23,535 bases of DNA, taken from positions 1-23,535 of IMG/VR virus record IMGVR_UViG_2859799533_000003; one strand, given 5' to 3'. Positions 1-7,986 of this stretch are shown piece by piece (position 1 is the stretch's first letter; each line of letters begins with the position of its first letter). The notes under the pieces were generated by a model that worked only from the letters and a program-made list of their open reading frames with translations, did no database searches and was not told where the DNA came from. The stretch is from a virus (Duplodnaviria; Heunggongvirae; Uroviricota; Caudoviricetes). A program made the position numbers and the translations under genes.

Positions 1-662
<662 letters not shown>

Positions 663-779
663 GTTGGCAAAAGCCGAATCTCCGCTGGCTGTTAGCTTGT
701 ATGACTATATTAATGATGCTTCGGCACTGGCCTGCCTCATAAATTTGTCGCTGAACCCTTCAGAGGTAAGGGGGCGCAA

Positions 780-1004
780 ATGATCCGGAATATTTTCAAA
801 CGGTTTACCAATCAGACTTTCCGTTGTCCTCGTCCGGGTCAGTGGTACACCACGCCTGCAGGGCATGTTCTACGTGTTAGCCTGGTTGACCGTGAATGTC
901 AGAAGGTGATTTGTGAACCGCTGGGCCGTAATTACCGCATCAGTATGCCGCTTATAGCCTTTCGCTCCGGAAAAAACATGAAGCATCTCGGAGGTGCTGC
1001 ATGA
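780..1004 (+). CDS. hypothetical small protein (74 aa), translationally coupled to downstream replication gene
   Basis: ORF with upstream purine-rich SD (aagggggcgcaaATG); stop overlaps next start (ATGA at 1001-1004). No recognisable family. Confidence 0.35.
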   Translation: MIRNIFKRFTNQTFRCPRPGQWYTTPAGHVLRVSLVDRECQKVICEPLGRNYRISMPLIAFRSGKNMKHLGGAA

Positions 1005-1825
1005 GTATGGAGCTGATGGTTAAAGCGATGAAAATTCGAGTGGGAAATCCATTGCGAAAACTGGTTCTGATTAAGCTGGCTGATAATGCCAGCGATCAGG
1101 GTGAGTGCTGGCCCAGCTACCAGCATATTGCTGACCAGTGCGAGATTAGCAAACGTTCTGTGATGAATCATATTGCGGCCCTTTGTGAGTCCGGGCTGGT
1201 AAAAAAAGTCACCCGGAAAGGTGAAAAAGGTAACTCAAGTAATATCTATCTCCTTCATCTTGATGGTGCAGGAGATTCACTAGGGGGTAGTGCAAATAAT
1301 TCACTATCTGGTGCAGCAAATTCACCAGGTAGTGCAGGAGTTGCACCAGGGGGTAGTGCAGGAGATTCACCCAGAACCAGTCACTCTTTTGAACCAGTCA
1401 AAGAACCAGTCAATGAACCAATAGCTGTTGGTGCATCAGTTGATGAGTCCGTGCGAGTTCGTTCAAACCGACCGGAATACTCTCCGGAGTTTGAGCAGGC
1501 ATGGCTGGCATATCCCAAACGTGCTGGTGGCAATTCAAAATCTGCAGCCTTCAAAGCCTGGAAAGCCCGTTTGAACGAGGGGGTAAACCCCGAAACCATG
1601 CTGGAAGGTGTGAAACGCTACGCGGGCTGGGTATCTGCGATGGGCAATAGCGGCACACAATTTGTGAAACAGGCTGTCACGTTCTTTGGTCCAGATCGTC
1701 ATTTCGAAGAATCCTGGGAAGTTCCTGCGGTATCTGCAGCCAGACGCGAGGACCCGTACTTCAAAGCCAGTTACGACAACGTGGACTACAGCCAGATCCC
1801 GGCAGGATTCAGGGGGGGATTATGA
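1001..1825 (+). CDS. phage replication/primosomal protein: N-terminal winged-HTH, low-complexity Gly/Ser/Ala linker, C-terminal DnaT-like (DUF1376/YdaU-like) domain
   Basis: 274-aa ORF; N-terminus resembles HTH replication initiators (LVLIKLADNASDQGECWPSYQHIADQCEISKRSV); C-terminus (EFEQAWLAYPKRAGGNSKSAAFKAWKAR) resembles DnaT C-terminal domain; position upstream of nin-like genes. Confidence 0.55.
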   Translation: MSMELMVKAMKIRVGNPLRKLVLIKLADNASDQGECWPSYQHIADQCEISKRSVMNHIAALCESGLVKKVTRKGEKGNSSNIYLLHLDGAGDSLGGSANNSLSGAANSPGSAGVAPGGSAGDSPRTSHSFEPVKEPVNEPIAVGASVDESVRVRSNRPEYSPEFEQAWLAYPKRAGGNSKSAAFKAWKARLNEGVNPETMLEGVKRYAGWVSAMGNSGTQFVKQAVTFFGPDRHFEESWEVPAVSAARREDPYFKASYDNVDYSQIPAGFRGGL

Positions 1826-2310
1826 GTCTTTTGAATGAAGTTCAGAAATTCATTGAAGCCCATCCGGGGTGTACTTCCGGAGACATTGCGGATGCTTTTG
1901 CAGGTTACTCACGGCAGTGCGTTCTGCAGTCAGCAAGCAAATTACGTCAGAGTGGTCGTGTGGCTCACCGTTGTGAAGGGGATACACGCAGACATTTCCC
2001 GCGCCTGACTGAGAGAGCGCAGGAGGCGGAACCGCAACCAGTTCGTGAAACCAGACCTGTGCGCAATTTCTATGTCGGCACTAACGACCCGCGGGAGATT
2101 TTGTGCCTGACCCGCCAGGCGGAAGAACTGGAGTCCAGGGGCTTATACCGTCGTGCTGCAACGGTGTGGATGGCGGCATTCCGTGAAAGCCACTCCCAGC
2201 CAGAACGAAACAATTTTCTGGCGCGTCGTGAGCAGTGTTTACGGAAAAGCAGTAAGCGCGCTGTATCGGGTGATGAGTGGTATCTGTCAGGGAATTACGT
2301 GGGGGCTTAA
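1822..2310 (+). CDS. hypothetical phage protein (162 aa); possibly a small regulator
   Basis: ORF overlapping upstream stop (ATGA) and downstream start; no confident family assignment from sequence alone. Confidence 0.4.
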   Translation: MSLLNEVQKFIEAHPGCTSGDIADAFAGYSRQCVLQSASKLRQSGRVAHRCEGDTRRHFPRLTERAQEAEPQPVRETRPVRNFYVGTNDPREILCLTRQAEELESRGLYRRAATVWMAAFRESHSQPERNNFLARREQCLRKSSKRAVSGDEWYLSGNYVGA

Positions 2311-2963
2311 TGAGTAATAAATATTGCCAGGCGCTGGTGGAACTGCGGAACAAACCAGCCCATGAACTGAAGGAAGTGGGCGATCAGTGGCGCACGCCGG
2401 ACAACATTTTCTGGGGAATTAACACCTTGTTTGGTCCGTTTGTTCTGGATCTGTTCACTGACGGTGATAACGCCAAATGTGCCGCGTATTACACGGCGGA
2501 AGACAACGCGCTGGCGCATGACTGGTCAGAACGTCTTGCGGAGCTTAAAGGTGCTGCCTTTGGCAATCCCCCGTACAGCCGCGCCAGTCAGCATGAGGGG
2601 CAATACATCATCGGCATGCGTTACATCATGAAGCATGCCAGTGCCATGCGTGATAAAGGCGGGCGCTATGTTTTCCTGATCAAAGCTGCCACCAGCGAAG
2701 TGTGGTGGCCGGAAGATGCAGATCATATTGCTTTTATTCGCGGGCGTATTGGTTTTGAACTGCCTGCCTGGTTTATCCCGAAAGACGAAAAGCAGGTGCC
2801 AACAGGTGCTTTCTTCGCTGGTGCTATTGCTGTTTTCGACAAGACCTGGAAGGGACCGGCAATCAGCTACATCGGGCGCGATGAACTTGAGGCATGTGGT
2901 GAGGCATTTCTGGCGCAGGTTCGCCAGCAGGCGGAAAAACTGGTCAGGGAGATGGTGGCATGA
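2310..2963 (+). CDS. phage Dam-type DNA N6-adenine methyltransferase
   Basis: 217-aa ORF from ATG 2310 (the six-frame ORF opens at 2277); NPPY catalytic motif (AFGNPPYSR); length and context typical of lambdoid-phage Dam MTases. Confidence 0.75.
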   Translation: MSNKYCQALVELRNKPAHELKEVGDQWRTPDNIFWGINTLFGPFVLDLFTDGDNAKCAAYYTAEDNALAHDWSERLAELKGAAFGNPPYSRASQHEGQYIIGMRYIMKHASAMRDKGGRYVFLIKAATSEVWWPEDADHIAFIRGRIGFELPAWFIPKDEKQVPTGAFFAGAIAVFDKTWKGPAISYIGRDELEACGEAFLAQVRQQAEKLVREMVA

Positions 2964-3349
2964 AGCTAATACTGCCTTTTCCGCCCAGCGTGAACACGTA
3001 CTGGCGACACCCCAACAAAGGGGCGTTTGCTGGTAAGAGCCTGATAAGCGCGGCGGGGCGAAAATTCCAGAGCGCGGCGTGCGCAGCAATAGTTGAGCAG
3101 TTACGTCGTCTGCCGAAACCAACGTCGGCACCTGCTTCAGTGGAGATCGTGTTGTTTCCTCCGGATAACCGGATCCGCGATCTGGACAACTATAACAAGG
3201 CGCTGTTTGACGCCCTGACCCACGCGGGTGTGTGGGAAGACGACAGTCAGGTGAAAAGAATGCTGGTGGAGTGGGGACCGGTTATCCCGAAAGGGAAGGT
3301 CGAGATCACTATCAGTAAGTACGAGAAAACGGCGGGTGCAGCCGCCTGA
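2960..3349 (+). CDS. rusA: RusA-type Holliday junction resolvase
   Basis: 129-aa ORF; RusA signatures (LPFPPSVNTYWR ... DLDNYNKALFDALTHAGVWEDDSQV); start overlaps Dam stop. Confidence 0.85.
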   Translation: MKLILPFPPSVNTYWRHPNKGAFAGKSLISAAGRKFQSAACAAIVEQLRRLPKPTSAPASVEIVLFPPDNRIRDLDNYNKALFDALTHAGVWEDDSQVKRMLVEWGPVIPKGKVEITISKYEKTAGAAA

Positions 3350-3368
3350 TCAAGAGGAGAAACGAAGT

Positions 3369-4178
3369 ATGAATAATCTGATGGTCATTGATGGTATTGA
3401 AGTTCGTCGTGATGCTTATGGGCGTTACAGCCTGAACGATCTGCATCGCGCAGCAGTAGCATCTGGTGCAAATGCCAGAACCAAGGAGCCGGGAAAGTTT
3501 ATTTCCAGCCAACAAACTGTTGAGCTTGTTCATGAATTGACCAACACCCAGAATTTGGGTGTTGACCCGGTGAGTATGATTCATGGGGGAAATGAACGGG
3601 GAACGTATGTCTGCAAGGAACTGGTGTATGCCTATGCAATGTGGATCAGCCCGTCATTCCATCTGAAGGTGATCCGTACTTTCGACATGGTAACCAGCGC
3701 ACCGGAAAAATTATCCGGACAGGCTGCTGACAAGATGCAGGCTGGTGTGATTCTGCTGGACTTTATGCGCCGGGAATTAAACCTGTCTAACTCTTCAGTG
3801 CTTGGTGCCTGTCAGAAACTCCAGGAGGCTGTTGGCTTACCGAATCTGGCACCGCGCTATGCCATTGATGCTCCTGCTGACGCGCCTGATGGCTCAAGTC
3901 GCCCCACGCTGTCGCTGAGTGCACTGCTGAAACAGTATGGTATCCGCCTTACGGCTAATCAGGCATATCACCAGATGGTGAAGCTGGGGATCGTCGAGCA
4001 GCGCGAACGATACAGCCGTACCGCGATTAACAACATCAAAAAATTCTGGTCGCTGACAGCGAAAGGCTGCATGTTCGGCAAGAACATCACCTGTCCTGCA
4101 AATCCGCGCGAGACGCAGCCGCATTTCTTCGAATCCCGATTCCCTGAGCTGTTAAAGCTGCTCGATACCGTTCATTGA
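3369..4178 (+). CDS. KilA-N domain DNA-binding protein (Roi/antirepressor-like)
   Basis: ATG at 3369 preceded by AGGAG-type SD; N-terminal KilA-N-like region (MNNLMVIDGIEVRRDAYGRYSLNDLHRA). Confidence 0.6.
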   Translation: MNNLMVIDGIEVRRDAYGRYSLNDLHRAAVASGANARTKEPGKFISSQQTVELVHELTNTQNLGVDPVSMIHGGNERGTYVCKELVYAYAMWISPSFHLKVIRTFDMVTSAPEKLSGQAADKMQAGVILLDFMRRELNLSNSSVLGACQKLQEAVGLPNLAPRYAIDAPADAPDGSSRPTLSLSALLKQYGIRLTANQAYHQMVKLGIVEQRERYSRTAINNIKKFWSLTAKGCMFGKNITCPANPRETQPHFFESRFPELLKLLDTVH

Positions 4179-4179
4179 G

Positions 4180-4827
4180 GTGACTGTGAGAGCACTACTG
4201 ACCCCTGAAATTGCCCCGCGTATGGGGATCGTATTGTTCAGACCAGGTTCAGAGCTGATGCCCCTGTTTATGCAGGGGCGTGTCCTGCTGGAGCCTGAGC
4301 CGGAGCGTTATTCATCTTTCGCCAGTGGTGCCGTTCCGGCGGCATCACAACCGCTGGCGGATGATCCTGCCGTTCGGGCCGTGTTCCGCAATGAGGAAGT
4401 GATCCGTCGTGCTGGTGGCGTGGAATGTCTTGAAAGCTGGTTACTTCGTGAAAAAGGCTGCCAGTGGCCTCATTCCGACTGGCACAGCGAGAACATGACC
4501 ACAATGCGACACGCTCCGGGTGCAATCCGTCTGTGCTGGCACTGCGATAATCAGCTGCGCGATCAGTTCACGGAACGGCTGGAATCAATGGCAACGGATA
4601 ACTGTGCCCGCTGGGTGTTGTCTGTTGTGCGTCGGGATCTCGGTTTTGATGACAGTCACGTTGTGACAATGCCGGAACTGTGCTGGTGGCTGATTCGTAA
4701 TGATCTGGCGGATGCCTTACCGGAAAGTGCAGCCCGTAAGGCACTGAGATTACCGAAGCCTGTTGTGCCGACTGTTACCCGGGAAAGTGACCTTGTGCCT
4801 TCGGTTCCTGCCACCAGCATCATCTAG
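4180..4827 (+). CDS. hypothetical phage protein (215 aa, GTG start; Cys/His-rich central region)
   Basis: Long ORF in nin-like region; CQWPHSDWHSENMTTMRHAPGAIRLCWHCDN cluster; start codon uncertain (GTG 4180 or ATG 4222). Confidence 0.4.
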   Translation: MTVRALLTPEIAPRMGIVLFRPGSELMPLFMQGRVLLEPEPERYSSFASGAVPAASQPLADDPAVRAVFRNEEVIRRAGGVECLESWLLREKGCQWPHSDWHSENMTTMRHAPGAIRLCWHCDNQLRDQFTERLESMATDNCARWVLSVVRRDLGFDDSHVVTMPELCWWLIRNDLADALPESAARKALRLPKPVVPTVTRESDLVPSVPATSII

Positions 4828-4842
4828 GATAAGGCGAAAAAG

Positions 4843-5175
4843 GTGCTGGCGCTGAAAGTGGATCCGGAGTCGCCGGAGTCTTTTATGTTACGCCCAAAAC
4901 GTCGCCGCTGGGTTAATGAAAAGTACACGCGCTGGGTTAAGACACAGCCGTGTGCATGTTGTGGAAAGCCCGCTGATGATCCCCACCACCTGATAGGTCA
5001 CGGTCAGGGTGGAATGGGAACAAAAGCGCATGACCTTTTTGTGTTGCCTTTGTGCAGAAAACACCATGACGAACTGCATGCGGATACCGTGGCATTTGAA
5101 GAGAAGTATGGCTCCCAACTGGAGCTGATATTTCGTTTTATCGATCGCGCGCTGGCGATTGGTGTGCTGTCCTGA
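4843..5175 (+). CDS. DUF1364 (YbcO-like) Cys/His-motif protein, putative nuclease
   Basis: Motif pattern CACCG...HHLIGHGQGGMGTKAHDLFVLPLCRKHHDELH matches recalled YbcO family of lambdoid nin regions; GTG start at 4843 or ATG at 4885. Confidence 0.55.
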   Translation: MLALKVDPESPESFMLRPKRRRWVNEKYTRWVKTQPCACCGKPADDPHHLIGHGQGGMGTKAHDLFVLPLCRKHHDELHADTVAFEEKYGSQLELIFRFIDRALAIGVLS

Positions 5176-5192
5176 TTTTGTGGAGAAAGTTG

Positions 5193-5573
5193 ATGCGTGA
5201 TATTCAGATGGTTCTTGAACGCTGGGGGGCATGGGCTGCAAGTGGTAACACCGGGGTGGACTATTCTCCGATCGCTGCCGGATTCAAAGGACTTTTACCA
5301 TCTGCCACTAAACCACGTCCGGCCTGCTGCGATGATGACGGACTTATCATTGAAAACTGTCTTGCTCGTCTGAAGCAGAAAAAACCTGAGGAGTATTCGC
5401 TTCTCATTGCTCATTATTTGTTGCGAATATCAAAAAGACAGATAGCCAGGACGAGAAAGAAAAGCGAAAAAGCAATACGAATTGAGATGCAGATAGCCGA
5501 AGGGTTTATTGACGGATGTTTGTCTGTGCTGGGGGTAAGACTGGAGATGGACGACTGGCTGCTAAAAAAGTAA
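5193..5573 (+). CDS. Q: late-gene antiterminator, Q-like (short Stx-phage/phage-21 type)
   Basis: 126-aa ORF from ATG 5193 with GGAGA SD; N-terminus MRDIQMVLERWGAWAA resembles Q of Stx/lambdoid phages; followed by terminator-like hairpin and tRNA/late region as in Stx phages. Confidence 0.6.
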   Translation: MRDIQMVLERWGAWAASGNTGVDYSPIAAGFKGLLPSATKPRPACCDDDGLIIENCLARLKQKKPEEYSLLIAHYLLRISKRQIARTRKKSEKAIRIEMQIAEGFIDGCLSVLGVRLEMDDWLLKK

Positions 5574-5645
5574 AAAATGATTAGTGCGGTCCGCAAAAAG
5601 TATGTCAGTATGTTAAGAGTGGTTACTTCGCCACACAGCTTAAAC

Positions 5646-5665
5646 CCGCCGCGAGCGGTTTTTTT
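5646..5665 (+). terminator. candidate tR'-like intrinsic terminator downstream of Q
   Basis: Short GC stem ccgc/gcgg (5646-5658) followed by a 7-T run (5659-5665), about 75 bp after the Q stop. Confidence 0.35.
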
Positions 5666-5787
5666 ATGGCTGAAATCGGTCCAGTACAGTAAACGTGCTG
5701 GTGGCGGTGAATACCTGTCTTTCAGCTTGCTGGCTTTTTCGACAAGAGTTATTGGTGTGTCACGTTAACCGGAAAAGGGAAAAAGAC

Positions 5788-5985
5788 ATGCTGAAACAGC
5801 AGGATATGACAGAAACCGCCAGAGTGGTGTTTAATGAATTAAGCGTCACCGAACCGGCGATAGTCGGGGAGATTGCGCAGAATACTTACCTTTCACGCGA
5901 ACGCTGTCAGTTAATACTGACCCAACTTGTTATGGCGGGTCTGGCAGACTATCAGTTCGGTTGTTACAGACGCCTTCAGTCCTGA
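5788..5985 (+). CDS. hypothetical small protein (66 aa)
   Basis: ATG 5788 preceded by ggaaaaggga SD-like purine run; immediately followed by a strong terminator. Confidence 0.4.
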   Translation: MLKQQDMTETARVVFNELSVTEPAIVGEIAQNTYLSRERCQLILTQLVMAGLADYQFGCYRRLQS

Positions 5986-5999
5986 AGGCTTTTTTATTT
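5972..5999 (+). terminator. rho-independent terminator
   Basis: 7-bp stem gccttca/tgaaggc (5972-5978 / 5983-5989), 4-nt loop, then ttttttattt. Confidence 0.55.
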
Positions 6000-6012
6000 G
6001 TGGTAAATGGGC

Positions 6013-6043
6013 GGCTGGTGGGTGTTAGGGGCACCCACCAGCC
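6013..6043. repeat. perfect 12-bp inverted repeat (hairpin) with 7-nt loop, no T tract
   Basis: ggctggtgggtg (6013-6024) ttagggg cacccaccagcc (6032-6043); read directly. Confidence 0.7.
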
Positions 6044-6135
6044 ATCTGCTCATGCGTTGGGTTCACAAGCAAACCTCAGGCCCACTGCTTTGCGCAAAAG
6101 CAGAATGAGCCTATCAGAGACAGGTTTAATGATCC

Positions 6136-7185
6136 ATGCTTAATACTGTAAAAATATCCAGTTGTGAGTTAATCAACGCCGACTGCCTGGAATTTATCCG
6201 GTCGTTACCCGAAAATTCTGTTGACCTGATAGTCACGGACCCGCCGTACTTTAAAGTGAAGCCTGAGGGCTGGGATAACCAGTGGAAGGGCGACGATGAT
6301 TACCTGAAGTGGCTGGAGCAGTGTCTGGCGCAGTTCTGGCGGGTGCTGAAACCTGCCGGAAGTCTTTACCTGTTCTGTGGTCATCGCCTGGCATCTGATA
6401 TCGAAATCATGATGCGTGAACGCTTCAGTGTGCTGAACCATATTATCTGAGCGAAGCCGTCCGGACGCTGGAACGGATGCAACAAGGAAAGCCTGCGGGC
6501 GTATTTCCCCGCCACAGAGCGCATTCTGTTCGCGGAACATTATCAGGGGCCGTACCGCCCGAAAGATGATGGCTATGAGGCGAAGGGCAGGGTACTGAAA
6601 CAGCATGTGATGGCCCCGCTGATTTCTTACTTTCGTGATGCGCGAGCTGCCCTGGGGATAACGGCAAAACAGATTGCAGATGCCACAGGAAAGAAAAACA
6701 TGGTGTCGCACTGGTTCAGTGCCAGTCAGTGGCAGTTGCCGAATGAAAGCGATTATCTGAAATTACAGGCGCTGTTTGCCCGGGTGGCAGAAGAGAAACA
6801 TCAGCGGAGAGAACTGGAAAAGTCCCATTACCAACTGGTCAGCACATACAGTGAGCTGAGCCGGCAGTATATGGAACTGCTGAGTGAATATAAAAATTTG
6901 CGGAGGTATTTCGGTGTGACGGTGCAGGTGCCGTACACCGATGTGTGGACGTATAAACCGGTGCAGTACTATCCAGGGAAACATCCGTGCGAAAAACCGG
7001 CAGAAATGTTGCAGCAGATAATCAACGCGAGCAGTCGTCCGGGAGACCAGGTTGCAGATTTTTTTATGGGCTCAGGTTCAACGGTAAAAGCGGCACTGGC
7101 GCTCGGGCGTCGTGCGATTGGCGTTGAACTGGAGACCGGACGTTTTGAGCAGACAGTCAGGGAAGTTCAGGATTTAATCGTTTGA
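6136..7185 (+). pseudogene. DNA methyltransferase (N6A/N4C type: DPPY motif then FxGxG SAM motif) interrupted by an in-frame TGA at 6448-6450
   Basis: ORFs 6136-6450 and 6607-7185 are in the same frame and the frame stays open from 6451; motifs VTDPPYF (N-terminal) and FFMGSGST (C-terminal). Confidence 0.7.
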
Positions 7186-7234
7186 AACGGATGAGATTGC
7201 AGAATTAATTACGCACCATTATTATTCTGCTCCC

Positions 7235-7310
7235 GGCCCTTTAGCTCAGTGGTGAGAGCGAGCGACTCATAATCGCCAGGTCGCTGGTTCAAATCCAGCA
7301 AGGGCCACCA
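7235..7310 (+). tRNA. ileZ: tRNA-Ile2 (anticodon CAU, lysidine-type; Met cannot be excluded)
   Basis: 76 nt, perfect 7-bp acceptor and T stems, anticodon loop ctCATaa, encoded CCA; closely resembles recalled E. coli ileX. Symbol by synteny with Stx-phage tRNA trio. Confidence 0.8.
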
Positions 7311-7317
7311 TCACATA

Positions 7318-7391
7318 CCGCCATTAGCTCATCAGGAAAGAGCGCCAGCCTTCGAAGCTGGTTGCGCGGAGTTCGGGTCCCCGAAGGCGGT
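7318..7391 (+). tRNA. argN: tRNA-Arg (anticodon UCG), slightly non-canonical stems
   Basis: Cloverleaf folded by hand: D stem gctc/gagc, anticodon stem ccagc/gctgg, loop ctTCGaa; one mismatch each in acceptor and T stems; no encoded CCA. Symbol by synteny only. Confidence 0.55.
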
Positions 7392-7407
7392 TCATTATCT
7401 GTATCCT

Positions 7408-7484
7408 GCGTTGTTAGCTCAGCCGGACAGAGCAATTGCCTTCTAAGCAATCGGTCACTGGTTCGAATACAGTAGAACGCGCCA
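7408..7484 (+). tRNA. argO: tRNA-Arg (anticodon UCU)
   Basis: D stem gctc/gagc, anticodon stem attgc/gcaat, loop ctTCTaa, T loop ttcgaat, encoded CCA. Symbol by synteny only. Confidence 0.7.
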
Positions 7485-7734
7485 CACTTATTTTCCCTGG
7501 CTCGCTTTTGCGGGCTTTTTTTTAAATGTCTCACAATTCAGGCGGTTGACTGTTGTCTGGTTTGCGGGGAGTTTGTTAAAAGAAACTGGCATGGTGAATC
7601 CCCCTGTGCGGAGGGGCAATCAGCAACTGGTGTTTTGTCCCGACCCTTATCCTTTCTGTGCGGGTTCAGGTGCTGATACTGAACTCACCGGGAGGCACCC
7701 GGCACCATGCAATGGCACATAGCGCCACTCTCCA

Positions 7735-7760
7735 GCCCCTCTCCGGAGGGGCTTTCTTAT
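7735..7760 (+). terminator. terminator-like GC hairpin with T-rich tail in the tRNA to nanS-p intergenic region
   Basis: gcccctc tccg gaggggc (7735-7752) followed by tttcttat. Confidence 0.4.
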
Positions 7761-7986
7761 GGACAAAAAAATCCCGCGCTGGGAGACGCGGGCGGCAAGG
7801 AATAAACAACAAAACGTGAAGTAATATTTCAGCTGGCGAATAATATCCGACAGTAATCACTCTGCGCAATAGCGCGGCCTTTTTCATATTGCGGGCTGTT
7901 GTCTATCTTCTGCCATTGTCCTGTAACTTCCGGACTTCAGCCCGCTCCTCATTTTACTCACAATATTATCCAGGCCGGGAGGATTC

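Noticed and set aside
2526-3131. 201-aa minus-strand ORF antisense to Dam and RusA
   Set aside because: Overlaps two motif-supported plus-strand genes; no start-site support.
5695-5787. Longer 96-aa version of the small ORF starting at 5695
   Set aside because: The upstream extension lacks an SD and overlaps the tR'-proximal region; ATG at 5788 with a purine-rich SD is the more plausible start.
6205-6711. 168-aa minus-strand ORF inside the methyltransferase gene
   Set aside because: Antisense to a motif-supported MTase; likely spurious.
7485-7986. Expected stxA/stxB toxin genes by synteny (Q, tRNA trio, nanS-p)
   Set aside because: No ORF of suitable size or signal-peptide-like start exists on either strand; the interval is only about 500 bp.
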